Source: Phormidium sp.
Lineage (GTDB): Bacteria; Cyanobacteriota; Cyanobacteriia; Cyanobacteriales; Aerosakkonemataceae
Assembly (NCBI GenBank): GCA_051013385.1
Contig: CP143273.1
Span: 736,001-800,000 of the forward strand
DNA: 64,000 bases
Reading direction: 5' to 3'
Shown here one piece after another: positions 42,697-53,488 of this stretch (positions within the stretch are counted from its first letter, which is position 1; the number at the start of each line of letters is the position of its first letter). Position numbers and translations under genes: made by a program. Below the pieces are notes generated by a model. That model did not search any database. It was not told the DNA's origin and worked only from the letters and a program-made list of their open reading frames with translations.

Positions 42697-43413
42697 TCAC
42701 ACTGCTACTGTAGCAATTTCTTCGGGTGTGAGGTGAGAGTGTAATACTTGACCGTCGCGGAACCAAACTATGCGCTTAGTTTGTTTTGCTACGTCTGGTT
42801 CATGAGTTACCATGACGACTGTAATCCCGCTTTCATTTAATTCTGTAAAAATATCCATAACTTCTTGGGTGGTTTTAGAATCTAATGCGCCTGTGGGTTC
42901 ATCTGCTAATAATAATACTGGGCGGTTGACTATGGCGCGAGCGATCGCCACCCGCTGCTGCTGTCCCCCGGAAAGTTGATTAGGTCTATTATTCAGTCTT
43001 TTTGCTAATCCCACTTTCGTAAGTGCTTCTACCGCACGTTCTTTTCTTTCTCCCCCTGGAATACCTGCATAAACCATTGGTAACATGACATTTTCCATCG
43101 CAGTTAATTGGGGTAAAAGGTGGAATTGTTGAAACACAAACCCTAATTTTTGATTGCGAATTTTCGCTAATTCTGCATCTGGTAATTGGGAAACATCTAC
43201 TCGATCTAAATAATAGCTACCGGAAGAAGGGCGATCGAGACAACCGATAATATTCATTGCTGTAGATTTACCCGATCCAGAAGCACCCATAATTGAACAA
43301 TATTCGCCTTCTTCAACTACTAAGTTAACTTCTTGTAGTGCTTTTACTTCTGTATCGCCACTACCGTAAACTTTGCTAATGTCTTCTAATCTGATAACTA
43401 CTGGTTTAAGCAT
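42697..43413 (-). CDS. ABC exporter ATP-binding protein (MacB/LolD-like)
   Basis: [26 protein letters not shown]. Confidence 0.92.
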   Translation of the reverse strand: MLKPVVIRLEDISKVYGSGDTEVKALQEVNLVVEEGEYCSIMGASGSGKSTAMNIIGCLDRPSSGSYYLDRVDVSQLPDAELAKIRNQKLGFVFQQFHLLPQLTAMENVMLPMVYAGIPGGERKERAVEALTKVGLAKRLNNRPNQLSGGQQQRVAIARAIVNRPVLLLADEPTGALDSKTTQEVMDIFTELNESGITVVMVTHEPDVAKQTKRIVWFRDGQVLHSHLTPEEIATVAV

Positions 43414-43473
43414 AATTTTATTTCCTAATTTACCGAATTATTAATGCCAAAAGGCGGAATAAATTTTTGAGTT

Positions 43474-43694
43474 TGTAGGGGCGGGTTTAGCAGATGAATC
43501 TGTACTCACAACAGAAGAATTAACAACAAAACCCGCCCTTCCAGGATTTGTAGGGGAGAGCAGGTGGCTGAAGTAATTAAACAAAAAGAGAAGAATTAAC
43601 AACAAAACCCGCCCTTCCAGGATTTGTAGGGGGCGGGTTTTGTTGAGAGATTGTCTGTGGGTGACAAAGGTTATCTGCTCTCACCCGCCCCTAC
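43474..43694. repeat. REP-like cluster with a partial duplication
   Basis: GTAGGGGCGGG..CCCGCCC arms; AGAAGAATTAACAACAAAACCCGCCCTTCCAGGATTTGTAGGGG occurs twice. Confidence 0.8.
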
Positions 43695-43766
43695 ATCAAT
43701 TTCTTCTTGCCCCTCTGCCTGCTTCCCTGCTCCCTAGTCCCCAATCCCTAGTCCCCAGTCCCCAAC

Positions 43767-44981
43767 TTAAGCGCTTCTCAAAGCTACAATTGGATCGAGT
43801 TTGGCGGCGCGTTGTGCGGGAACGACACCGAAGAATAAACCGATACCGCCAGAAATTCCGACTGCTAGGACGATCGCAACTGGTGAAATTCCCGCTTTTA
43901 AAGGTGTTAAAGCGCCAACTAATGTGACTCCACCTACACCAATTATAGTTCCGACAATACCACCAGCAGCAGAGAGAATTATCGCTTCAATCATGAATTG
44001 AATTAGGATGTCTTGCTGAGTTGCACCGATCGCTTTTCTCAACCCAATTTCCTGGGTTCTTTCTGTTACCGAAACTAACATAATATTCATTACGCCAATT
44101 CCGCCGACGAACAGAGAAATTCCAGCGATCGCAGCTAACATTAAAGTTAAAGCACCTGTGATTGTTCCCACAATTTGCAGCACATCTCTTTGAGTTCTGA
44201 CGGTAAAATCATCTTCTGTGGTAATTTTATGGCGCAATCTTAACAAATTACTAATTTGAAATTGCGCCGCACCAATACTATTAGCATCTCGCGCCGAAAC
44301 TGCAATAAAATCTACTTCCGTTCCGTAGGGAGAAGTTCTTCCTCTCAGGCGATTTGACATTGTTGTGAGAGGAATAAAAATTGTATCATCTTGGTTACTT
44401 CCTAAGAAAGAACCTTTTTGTTCCATCACTCCTATTACTAAAAAGCTGAGATTTCTAATCCTAATTTTTTCACCAATGGGGTTTTGACTACCAAACAATT
44501 TACCAACGACATCCGAACCGAGAATTGCGACTTGGTTGTTACTTTTCAAATCTTGCTCGCTAATAAACCTGCCTTTAGCTAAATCAAAACTGCGGACTGG
44601 TAAAAATTCTGGGGTAACGCCAATAATTTGAGTGTTGGTATTCTTATTACTATAAACTACAGGTAGACGGCTTTGAATTTGCGGGGCTACGTCTGTCACA
44701 GAAGGTACTTGGTTTGCGATCGCTTTCGCATCATCTAACACCAAAGTTTTGGGAATATCCCGGTTTCTTTGAGCGTTTTGATTACCGGGAATAATAAACA
44801 AAACATTTGGGCCAAGGGATTCAAACTGTTCTGATGCTAACCTTTGGGCTCCTTGTCCAATTCCCACCATAGCAATTACTGAAGCATTACCAATGATAAT
44901 GCCCAGCATTGTTAAGGTGCTACGTAATTTATTCGCAACTAATGTAGTAGTTGCCATTTTCACGCTTTCAACAATATCCAT
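43767..44981 (-). CDS. ABC permease (MacB/FtsX-like)
   Basis: RSTLTMLGIIIG, GGIGVMNIMLVSVTERTQEIGLRKAIGA. Confidence 0.92.
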   Translation of the reverse strand: MDIVESVKMATTTLVANKLRSTLTMLGIIIGNASVIAMVGIGQGAQRLASEQFESLGPNVLFIIPGNQNAQRNRDIPKTLVLDDAKAIANQVPSVTDVAPQIQSRLPVVYSNKNTNTQIIGVTPEFLPVRSFDLAKGRFISEQDLKSNNQVAILGSDVVGKLFGSQNPIGEKIRIRNLSFLVIGVMEQKGSFLGSNQDDTIFIPLTTMSNRLRGRTSPYGTEVDFIAVSARDANSIGAAQFQISNLLRLRHKITTEDDFTVRTQRDVLQIVGTITGALTLMLAAIAGISLFVGGIGVMNIMLVSVTERTQEIGLRKAIGATQQDILIQFMIEAIILSAAGGIVGTIIGVGGVTLVGALTPLKAGISPVAIVLAVGISGGIGLFFGVVPAQRAAKLDPIVALRSA

Positions 44982-45033
44982 TTCACAAGTTAATTAAACA
45001 ACGTGGTTCATAAAAATCTTTTTCCCGAATTAT

Positions 45034-45097
45034 GTAGGGACACAGCGGACAATAAACGATCGTCTCTGCCAAAATCTTAATGATGCCGTGTCCCTAC
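45034..45097. repeat. REP-like inverted repeat GTAGGGACAC..GTGTCCCTAC (copy 1 of 3)
   Basis: Same arms at 59377-59440 and 63677-63739. Confidence 0.8.
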
Positions 45098-45099
45098 GA

Positions 45100-46692
45100 T
45101 TATGGTTTAATTTGTTTGCGGTCTTTGGGCAAATCAATATAAATTTGTTCGCCTTCTTTTAAACCATCTAAAATTTGAGTTTGGTCTTGAATTGTGGAAC
45201 CAATAGTTACCGGACGAAAGACAGATTTGTTCTTTTCACCTGGTAATAATACCCCGGTTTGTCCTTTTTCAGTAACGATCGCCACAGTCGGCACCATTAA
45301 AGCACCGCTAACTTGTTTTCCTAAGAAAGTTAAATCTACATTCATTCCCGATCGCAACTCTTCTAAACCAGTAACTAATTCCACTCTCACTTGGAAAGAA
45401 GTAACATTTTGATCGACAATTGCTTCAGGAGCAATTAAGCGCACTTTTCCCTTAAAAACTTTTTCGGGATAAGCATCAGCGACAACTTCTACTTCTTGTC
45501 CTTGTTTAATATTACCAATATCTACTTCAGGAACTTTAGCCAAAATTTCTAAACCACGAGCGATCGCAACTACCGAAGTAGAAGTTGCCGAAGCACTACT
45601 AGAAGCCGAAGTTGTTGGCGTAACAAAAGCTCCTATAGTTGCGTATCTTTGAGTGACAATTCCATCAAAAGGAGCGCGGATAATCGTATCATTTAATTGC
45701 ACTTGAATTTGTTGCACTCGCGCCTGGGCTTCTTTCACTCCTGCTTCTGCTTGAGCAATATCCTCCGGGCGAGAACCTGCTATTAACAAATCTAAAGCCT
45801 TTTGTGATTCTCTTACCGCAGCTTGTCTTTGAGCAATTACTTCCGATCGAGTACCTTTTTGCAACATTGCCAAAGCTTCTTGGGCTTCTTCAACCGCTGC
45901 TTGACGTTGAGCAATTTCCGCCGGGGAAGTACCATTTTGTATTTGTACTAATCGCCGTTTTGCTTCTTCTAAATTCGCCGTGGCGCTGCGATATTCGGAA
46001 ATAACTTCCTGCAATCTATCCGCAGAAATTGCCCCTTGAGTTGCCAAACTTTGATTAGCTTTTAAACGTTGATTTGCCAAATCTAACCTAGCTTGGGCGG
46101 CTTGAACTTGGGCTTGAGTTTGGGCAATTTGTTGGGGATTTCCAGTTTGTGTTGCGGTTAATTGGGCTTTAGCTTGATCTAAGCGAAATCTTGCTTGGGC
46201 GATTTCTTCCGGGCGACTTCCGGCTCTGGCTTCTGCTAACTGGGCTTGGGTTTGTGATAATCTGGCTCTAGCTTGGGAAATCTCTTCCGGGCGATTTCCG
46301 GCGCGAATTTCTGCTAACTGAGCTTGGGCTTTTGCTAAGGCTGCTTTCGCTTGGGCTAGTTGCGCCTGAATGTCACCATTGTCCATTCTGGCAATGATAT
46401 CGCCTGCTTTTACTTTGTCGCCTTGTTCCACCATTAACTCTGCAATTCTTCCCGCAGTTTTCGGGCTGAGGTTAACTGTTTGGATCGGGACTACTGTACC
46501 ACTGGCAGTAATTCGCAGGGTGATTGTTTTGGCTTCTACAGGGACGGTTACTTGCGCTACGTCAGTTTTCGGCGCTACCCTGCTGACCATAACATAAGTT
46601 CCCGCTGAGACACTCAATAGTCCCGCAGCGATTAATCCAGCAATCCAAGGGGCTCGTTGGTCAGTTTTTTTACCAATAAAAGGAAGTTGCAT
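45100..46692 (-). CDS. Periplasmic adaptor subunit (MacA/HlyD-like)
   Basis: N-terminal TM, lipoyl-like VEQGDKVKAG, long coiled coil, IRAPFDGIV. Confidence 0.9.
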   Translation of the reverse strand: MQLPFIGKKTDQRAPWIAGLIAAGLLSVSAGTYVMVSRVAPKTDVAQVTVPVEAKTITLRITASGTVVPIQTVNLSPKTAGRIAELMVEQGDKVKAGDIIARMDNGDIQAQLAQAKAALAKAQAQLAEIRAGNRPEEISQARARLSQTQAQLAEARAGSRPEEIAQARFRLDQAKAQLTATQTGNPQQIAQTQAQVQAAQARLDLANQRLKANQSLATQGAISADRLQEVISEYRSATANLEEAKRRLVQIQNGTSPAEIAQRQAAVEEAQEALAMLQKGTRSEVIAQRQAAVRESQKALDLLIAGSRPEDIAQAEAGVKEAQARVQQIQVQLNDTIIRAPFDGIVTQRYATIGAFVTPTTSASSSASATSTSVVAIARGLEILAKVPEVDIGNIKQGQEVEVVADAYPEKVFKGKVRLIAPEAIVDQNVTSFQVRVELVTGLEELRSGMNVDLTFLGKQVSGALMVPTVAIVTEKGQTGVLLPGEKNKSVFRPVTIGSTIQDQTQILDGLKEGEQIYIDLPKDRKQIKP

Positions 46693-47141
46693 GATTTGAA
46701 ATTATCTAATGGAAAATTATTCAGAAAATTCAGAAAATAAATATAGGAGCAGGGACGATCGCATAAGGCTTGAGAGCAGCATTTGTCAATGCTTTTAGGT
46801 TTCATCTCTAACCTTAATCCCGATCTGAGTTAAGCATATCTGTATGTTTGAGGGAAAAATATACACTGATGATTAGTTTACTTTACTTTTCTTAATATTA
46901 ACGAGTTTCACTAATCTAGCAGGATCGGTCGCTCGGGCAATTTTTGGGGGAAAAGGCGATCGTCGGAACCAGGGATATAAAAATAAAGACAGCACCAACT
47001 CGATTTTGGTTCACAAATCCGTTCTGAGATCCCGGACTTGTTGAAGAACACCGGGATTTGGGTGAGAGAACTTGTCCGAAATAATGAATTAAAGTAAGGT
47101 TAAACTAAACTGACGACACCTTCTGACTTCGAGGCTGTACT

Positions 47142-48032
47142 GTGCCAACCAAACGCAAACCTTGGTTTCATCTTTTATTCATCTTCGGGATTTGGAGCGC
47201 GGCTGTACCAGCTTTTGGACAGGCGCTTGTGCCCCACGCGCTGCAACTTAACACCTCTGAGTTGGAGCAACAGGGGTTGAGTTTAGCACAAGAAGCTACT
47301 CAGTTGGCGCAATTCCAACAATATGAATTAGCATTAACCCGCGCCCAATTAGCAACACAGCTTTCCCCCAAAAATTACCAAGCTTGGTTTCTGCTGGGTG
47401 GATTATATATCCAGAACAATCAGTTGGACAAAGGAATTGTGGCGCTGAAACAAGCTCAGTCTTTAAAGCCTGACGAAGCGGCTATTTTCTTTGCTCTAGG
47501 TTCAGCATACTTTCAGCAGGAAAAGTATGATGCTGCGATCGGGGCCCTAAAAGATGGCTTGAAACTTAAACCCAATTCTCCTGAAGCTTTATTTGATTTG
47601 GGAAATGCTCATTATAAGTTAAATCAATTTCCCCAAGCTTTGGACAGCTACCAAAAAGCTGTGAAAGCTGATGCTAAATTCTGGCCTGCAATTAACAACA
47701 TTGGCCTGATTAAATATGAACAGGGTAATGTCGATGCTGCTATTGGGGAATGGCAAAGAGCCCTAACTATTGAAAAGGATGGTGTAGAGCCTAAGTTAGC
47801 GATCGCAGTCGCCCTCTACGCGAAAGGCGATCGAGAAAAAGCTCTAGCTTTAGGAGAAGCTGCGATTAAGAGTGACGATCGTTATGCCGATCTGGAATTT
47901 TTAAAGCAAAATCTTTGGGGCACTCGCTTAATTAGCGATACCCAAAAGTTTCTCGCTACTCCTAGAATGCAAGCTACGATCGCTCAAGGTTCAGGGCCTC
48001 AATCCTCTGAACCTCAAAGAACACCTCGCTAG
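47142..48032 (+). CDS. Secreted TPR-repeat protein
   Basis: Signal peptide (AFG-Q) and multiple TPR repeats. Confidence 0.85.
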   Translation: MPTKRKPWFHLLFIFGIWSAAVPAFGQALVPHALQLNTSELEQQGLSLAQEATQLAQFQQYELALTRAQLATQLSPKNYQAWFLLGGLYIQNNQLDKGIVALKQAQSLKPDEAAIFFALGSAYFQQEKYDAAIGALKDGLKLKPNSPEALFDLGNAHYKLNQFPQALDSYQKAVKADAKFWPAINNIGLIKYEQGNVDAAIGEWQRALTIEKDGVEPKLAIAVALYAKGDREKALALGEAAIKSDDRYADLEFLKQNLWGTRLISDTQKFLATPRMQATIAQGSGPQSSEPQRTPR

Positions 48033-48076
48033 AGGCAGCTTTGCAGGGTACCTTCGCTGACGCTTTACGCTTTACA

Positions 48077-48146
48077 AGGGGACAAGGGGACTAGGGGACT
48101 AGGGAACTAGGGGACTAGGGAACTAGGGGACTAGGGAACTAGGGGA
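48077..48146 (+). repeat. STRR-type heptamer array GG(G/A)ACTA
   Basis: ggggacta/gggaacta tandem copies. Confidence 0.85.
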
Positions 48147-48247
48147 ATTTTACCTTCTGCCTGGGAGCCTTGAAGCCTTTCCCCTGCAAAAAAGCTTAAC
48201 TTTACATTATAATTTGTTCGCTCGGTTTCAGTAAAGTTATTGCTGAA

Positions 48248-48276
48248 TTGACATAAAAGTAGTACATAAGTACTAT
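48248..48276 (+). promoter_or_regulatory. Sigma70 promoter overlapped by a cyanobacterial LexA box
   Basis: TTGACA-N17-TACTAT; AGTACATAAGTACT (48261-48274) matches RGTACNNNDGTWCB. Confidence 0.65.
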
Positions 48277-48466
48277 AAAACCTAAATTAGAATTACCCTC
48301 TTATGAATCAGACAGACAAAATAGTAATAAGTTGTTCGACATTTAAACTGGATAAATTGGAAACAGGAAAAAATAACTCAAATCCTCTCCCCTGCCCGCT
48401 GCTGGTTTGCTGCCCTTGAGAAGGAATGGTTCAGGTAGGCTAGTGTAAGAGTGTCTGAGGTATTTA

Positions 48467-48880
48467 TTAAGTTATGTTTTGAGAGTCTTTAGGCAGTAGA
48501 GCCATAATCTGATCTACGAATTCTTGATGATCGACCACAGGTTTAGAAATATAGCCATCGGCACCGCTTTGTTTGAGGAAGTTTTCCCGATCGCCCTCCA
48601 TCGCATGAGCCGTTACCAAAATCACAGGCAAATTGGCAGTTTGAGGATCGGCCTTTAACATTTGGGTAATTTTAATCCCATCCACAGATTTACCTTGGTA
48701 ACTGCTGTTTTGTAGAGAAACATCCATCAAAATTAAGTCAGCCTGACCATTCTGGGCAATTTGCATTACTTCTTCTACATTTTCAGTTCCCTTAACTTCT
48801 AAACCACCCCGCTTGGTAAGAATCTTCGAGAAAACGCGAAGGTTAATTGGATCGTCTTCAACTATTAGAACAGTTTTCAT
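48467..48880 (-). CDS. Single-domain response regulator (DivK-like)
   Basis: VLIVEDD, LILMD, VTAHAMEGDRE, YISKP. Confidence 0.9.
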   Translation of the reverse strand: MKTVLIVEDDPINLRVFSKILTKRGGLEVKGTENVEEVMQIAQNGQADLILMDVSLQNSSYQGKSVDGIKITQMLKADPQTANLPVILVTAHAMEGDRENFLKQSGADGYISKPVVDHQEFVDQIMALLPKDSQNIT

Positions 48881-49004
48881 TTTGGTTTCCTTTTCCCTAA
48901 ATTCAGAATAAGACAGTATTGGCTATGCCGTTTGATACTACTGTGAAAATTGTTAATTTCGTACCCATCGATTATTTTTCGTCATCATTAAGGAACTTTG
49001 ACTC

Positions 49005-51557
49005 ATGGCAAAACAGTTAAACATACTCTCTTCAGGACAGATTATCACTACGGCTCTGCATACGGAGATGCAAAGGTCGTATCTTGAATATGCCATGAGT
49101 GTGATTGTCGGTCGAGCGCTACCCGATGTCCGAGATGGGTTGAAACCCGTACATCGACGCATTTTGTATGCGATGCACGAGTTGGGATTAACGCCCGATC
49201 GACCTTACCGGAAGTGTGCTCGTGTGGTGGGAGATGTTTTAGGTAAGTATCACCCTCACGGCGACCAAGCGGTTTATGATGCTTTGGTGCGAATGGTGCA
49301 GGATTTTTCCTGTCGTTACCCTTTATTGGCAGGTCATGGCAATTTTGGTTCAGTAGATAATGACCCTCCAGCGGCGATGCGTTATACAGAAACACGCCTC
49401 GCACCGATTAGTCATGAGGCGATGTTGAGTGAAATAGGCGAAGCTACAGTTGATTTTATCCCGAATTTTGACAATTCCCAACAAGAACCTGTAGTTTTAC
49501 CTGCTCAATTACCTATTCTATTACTTAATGGCTGCGCTGGGATTGCGGTAGGGATGGCGACTAATGTTCCGCCACACAATTTGGGCGAGTTGGTAGATGG
49601 GTTAATTGCTTTAATTGATGATGCTAATCTCTCTGATGATAAGTTGCTTACGTTAATTCCGGGGCCTGATTTTCCCACTGGGGGCGAAATTGTCGGGAGT
49701 GAGGGAACTCGTGAGGCTTACACTACTGGAAAGGGTGTTATTACGGTGCGGGGAATTGCCAATATTGAGGAAGTTCAAATTGGTAGAGGTCGTCAGCGTC
49801 AAAGGGGAACTACGCGCAGTGCGATCGTTGTGACTGAGTTACCTTTCCAAGTCAATAAGGCAGCTTGGATTGAAAAGATTGCCGAGTTAGTTAATCAAGG
49901 TAAAATTGAGGGGATTGCGGATATTCGGGATGAGAGCGATCGCGAAGGAATGCGCGTCGTAATCGAACTAAAACGCGATACTAACCCGCAAGAAGTTTTG
50001 GAAAATTTATACAAACAAACGGCGCTGGCGAGTAATTTTGGGGCGATTTTGTTGGCTTTGGTGGAAGGACAACCGAGACAATTAACTTTGCGGCAAATTT
50101 TACAGGAGTTTCTCAGTTTTCGGGAACAAACTCTGACTCGACAATATAGCTATGAATTAGAACAAACAGAAAGACGTTTGCATTTAGTTGAAGGTTTAAT
50201 TGCCGCTTTAGAAAATTTAGATGCGATTATTGAAATTCTGCGAAATGCGCCTGATGGATCGACGGCAAAAGTTACTTTTCAAAGTCAGTTTAATTTTAGC
50301 GATCGCCAATCTGATGCTATTTTAGCCATGCCTTTGCGTCGGTTAACTGGTTTAGAACGTCAACAATTACAACAGGAATTAAACGAACTTACGGAAAGGA
50401 TTCAAAATTTGCAAAGGTTGTTGAGCGATCGAAATGAATTACTCAAAGCTTTGAAAAAAGATTTGCGTTCTTTGAAAAAGAAATACTCCGATCCGCGACG
50501 CACTCGCATTTACAATCCTAAAGTTACTGCAACCGCAACCAAGAAAACCCCAGAAAAGGAAACTAAAACTCCTAGAGAACGCCGCCAAGATCAACCAAAA
50601 ACGGAAGAAGCAGAAGGACAACTTTCCTTATTCACTCCTCTAACTTCTACCACTCCTGAAGAAGCAAATTTAGAAATTACTCAGAAAGGTTATATCAGAA
50701 GATTGGCTAAAAATGGCAGTAAATCTAATTTGAAATCCTCGGATGATGTAGTTGGGAAAACTTTTTCCACAACTACGGAAGCAGATTTAATAGTTGTAAC
50801 TGGTAGCGGTAAAGCTTTCCCAGTGAAAGTTGGAGAAATTCCGCCTACTTCTGGACAAGCAAAAGGGACACCGTTAGTTAGTTTGTTACCGCAAGCTAAG
50901 GAAATTCCCGAAACTTTGGCAGGGTATTTTATTGCGCCTTCAGCGGAAGATTCCAGTAGTGTAGTTGTGGTGAGTCAACAGGGAAGAATTAAGCGATTAG
51001 CAATTTCTGAATTCGCTAACTTAACTCGTCGCGGGTTAACAGTTTTAAAAGTGAAGGAAGATGACCAATTATTGTTTGCTTTGCCGACAAATGAAAGCGA
51101 AGAAATCGCTTTGGCGACCACTGGCGGACGCATTTTGCGCTTCTTAGTTAACGAACAACAATTACCTGTAATGAGTCGTGGTGCTGGGGGTTTACAAGCA
51201 TTAAGATTAGGTCGAAATGAAAAATTAATTGGTGCTGTTAGCCTCAATAAAGATGATAATTTGTTGTTAGTAACTCATTTAGGTTATGCCAAGCGATTAC
51301 CAATTAGTGCGATTCGTTTAGCTAATTTAGGTGATATTGGTACGCAAGCTTTACAATATACTAGCAAATCAGATGCTTTAATTGGCATGATTGAAGTGAT
51401 TCCTGAAACTAAAGTATTGCTGGTAACTGATACACAAAGAATGGTGAATTTAGCTGTGGAACGAATTCCTTTTTGGGGTAAGGATGGAATTGGCGATCGC
51501 ATTAACAAGCTTAAGGAAGAGGAGAAAGTTTTAGATTTAGTAATAGTTGAAGGATAA
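49005..51557 (+). CDS. Type II topoisomerase subunit A (GyrA/ParC family, ParC-like paralogue)
   Basis: [23 protein letters not shown]; no QxRGGKG GyrA-box seen at the start of the CTD. Confidence 0.9.
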   Translation: MAKQLNILSSGQIITTALHTEMQRSYLEYAMSVIVGRALPDVRDGLKPVHRRILYAMHELGLTPDRPYRKCARVVGDVLGKYHPHGDQAVYDALVRMVQDFSCRYPLLAGHGNFGSVDNDPPAAMRYTETRLAPISHEAMLSEIGEATVDFIPNFDNSQQEPVVLPAQLPILLLNGCAGIAVGMATNVPPHNLGELVDGLIALIDDANLSDDKLLTLIPGPDFPTGGEIVGSEGTREAYTTGKGVITVRGIANIEEVQIGRGRQRQRGTTRSAIVVTELPFQVNKAAWIEKIAELVNQGKIEGIADIRDESDREGMRVVIELKRDTNPQEVLENLYKQTALASNFGAILLALVEGQPRQLTLRQILQEFLSFREQTLTRQYSYELEQTERRLHLVEGLIAALENLDAIIEILRNAPDGSTAKVTFQSQFNFSDRQSDAILAMPLRRLTGLERQQLQQELNELTERIQNLQRLLSDRNELLKALKKDLRSLKKKYSDPRRTRIYNPKVTATATKKTPEKETKTPRERRQDQPKTEEAEGQLSLFTPLTSTTPEEANLEITQKGYIRRLAKNGSKSNLKSSDDVVGKTFSTTTEADLIVVTGSGKAFPVKVGEIPPTSGQAKGTPLVSLLPQAKEIPETLAGYFIAPSAEDSSSVVVVSQQGRIKRLAISEFANLTRRGLTVLKVKEDDQLLFALPTNESEEIALATTGGRILRFLVNEQQLPVMSRGAGGLQALRLGRNEKLIGAVSLNKDDNLLLVTHLGYAKRLPISAIRLANLGDIGTQALQYTSKSDALIGMIEVIPETKVLLVTDTQRMVNLAVERIPFWGKDGIGDRINKLKEEEKVLDLVIVEG

Positions 51558-51631
51558 TGCGTATTCTGGCTATTGGTGATATTCATGGTTGTGCGATATA
51601 TGGGAAAAAATTATGGCACAAGTTGTTCTAG
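51557..51631 (+). pseudogene. N-terminal remnant of a PPP/metallophosphoesterase gene
   Basis: TAATG-coupled mini-[27 protein letters not shown] containing GDIHG. Confidence 0.7.
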
Positions 51632-52857
51632 AAAATGTCTATAAAAGCTTTTCCGAAACTAAAGGAATTGCTGAATCGGAAGCGGAAAAAAAAGAAAATT
51701 CTCTCTCATCTACTCCCGTCTTACGCCGAATTAATTTGACGGTGGAAGATGGGGAATTTATGGTATTAGTTGGCCCTTCTGGTTGTGGTAAAAGTACGTT
51801 ATTGCGGTTAATTGCGGGATTGGAAGAATTAACAGGCGGTAATATTTGGGTGGGAGAAAGATTAGTGAACGATCTACCACCAAAAGAACGCGATATCGCA
51901 ATGGTATTTCAAAATTACGCCCTTTATCCTCACATGACTGTTTATGATAATATCGCTTTTGGTTTGCGGCGAATGAACACGGGATCAGGGGAGAAAATTT
52001 CCCGATTTAAGGAAGATTTTTTAGTTAGAATAACTAAGTCTTTTCCGAAAGGTTTTCGTTACCTTTCAGCACGAGAGAAAGTTGTTCAGAAGCAAGTAAA
52101 AAATGTGGCGCAATTATTACAAATTGAGTCGCTTTTGTCACGTTTACCAAAACAACTTTCTGGGGGACAAAAACAACGGGTAGCTTTGGGACGTGCGATC
52201 GCCAGAAATCCTCAAGTTTTTTTGATGGATGAACCTTTATCGAATTTAGATGCGAAATTAAGGGCGGAAACTCGTGCCCAAATTGTCAAATTACAGCGTC
52301 AGTTGGGAACTACTACTATTTATGTGACTCACGATCAAACTGAAGCGATGACGATGGGCGATCGCATTGCGGTAATGAATCAAGGTCAATTACAACAATT
52401 AGCTAAACCTTTAGAATTATACAACAGTCCCGCTAATATGTTTGTGGCGCAATTTATTGGTTCCCCACCAATGAACTTTATCCCCGTACAATTCCAAGCG
52501 CCACTGTTAATTAATCATCCGCAATTTCGTTTCACTGTACCCGAAGTTTGGGAGTCTGCTTTGCGAAAGTACGATCGGCAATCCCTAATTTTAGGCATTC
52601 GTCCCGAACATTTCAATATCAGCGTTCCTGCACCGGAAAATATACAAGTTGAAGTAGATTTGGTGGAAGCTTTGGGAAATGAAACTTATTTATCAGTTCA
52701 TTTGCTGGATGAAACTAACCCGAATTTGACTTTACAAGTGCGAGTTCCACCGGAAAGACAAGTAAGTATTGGTGAGAAAATCTCCTTAGCGTTGCAAAGT
52801 AAAAAAATTCATTTATTTGACTTTGAAACTAACTTAGCTATCTTTCCCAGAGATTAG
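51613..52857 (+). CDS. Sugar/osmolyte ABC ATP-binding protein (MalK/GgtA-like)
   Basis: GPSGCGKST, VFQNYALYPHM, LSGGQ, C-terminal TOBE (GIRPEH, VEALGNE). Confidence 0.9.
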   Translation: MAQVVLENVYKSFSETKGIAESEAEKKENSLSSTPVLRRINLTVEDGEFMVLVGPSGCGKSTLLRLIAGLEELTGGNIWVGERLVNDLPPKERDIAMVFQNYALYPHMTVYDNIAFGLRRMNTGSGEKISRFKEDFLVRITKSFPKGFRYLSAREKVVQKQVKNVAQLLQIESLLSRLPKQLSGGQKQRVALGRAIARNPQVFLMDEPLSNLDAKLRAETRAQIVKLQRQLGTTTIYVTHDQTEAMTMGDRIAVMNQGQLQQLAKPLELYNSPANMFVAQFIGSPPMNFIPVQFQAPLLINHPQFRFTVPEVWESALRKYDRQSLILGIRPEHFNISVPAPENIQVEVDLVEALGNETYLSVHLLDETNPNLTLQVRVPPERQVSIGEKISLALQSKKIHLFDFETNLAIFPRD

Positions 52858-53026
52858 TAAGATTTTTAACTTTCTTATTCAAAAGTAAAGTTATGCGTTG
52901 ATTACATAACTTTTCTTGAGAACTAAAGACAATCCATGTAAGTCGATCTACCTAAAACCTGCTTACCATCAGCATCAGAGGCTTTTGTATGGTCGGAAAA
53001 GTCAACAAAATTGGCTATCAAAGCTA

Positions 53027-53045
53027 ATTGAAAATATTTCCCAAA
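53027..53045. promoter_or_regulatory. Possible Fur box upstream of feoA
   Basis: ATTGAAAAT-A-TTTCCCAAA, imperfect 9-1-9 palindrome about 50 nt before the ATG. Confidence 0.4.
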
Positions 53046-53093
53046 TACGGTAATTTGTAAACATAAACAAAAGAAATAAACCCAACTGAAACA

Positions 53094-53342
53094 ATGACTT
53101 TATCAGAATTAAAGCCTGGTAGTTTGGCGATCGTAGAAAGTGTACAACTTAGCCGTCACGGTCAAGGATTGGCTAAACGCTTAGAAGCAATGGGAATTGT
53201 TCCTAACAGACCAATTCGAGTTTTACGGCAAGCTTGGTTTGGTGGCCCGTTGCATATCCGAGTTGGTTCAACTACTGAAATAGCCATTAGAAGAACCGAA
53301 GCCAAAATGGTATTAATTCAGACAATGGAAGCAACAAATTAA
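53094..53342 (+). CDS. feoA: Ferrous iron transport protein A
   Basis: MTLSELKPG..RLEAMGI..GGPLHIRVG..IAIRRTEA. Confidence 0.92.
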   Translation: MTLSELKPGSLAIVESVQLSRHGQGLAKRLEAMGIVPNRPIRVLRQAWFGGPLHIRVGSTTEIAIRRTEAKMVLIQTMEATN

Positions 53343-53367
53343 GCTGACAATTATTAAGTTCAGCTAT

Positions 53368-53452
53368 AGCAATCCTTAATGATTTTTTTGAACCACTCCA
53401 GACGCAGAGGACGCAGAGAGAAGAAGGAGTTCATAACTTAAATAGGATTGCT
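53368..53452. mobile_element. MITE-like element between feoA and feoB
   Basis: TIR AGCAATCCT...AGGATTGCT; internal GACGCAGAGGACGCAGAG. Confidence 0.55.
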
Positions 53453-53488
53453 CAATCATTAAGTTACTAAGTTCTTGCAGGTGAAATT

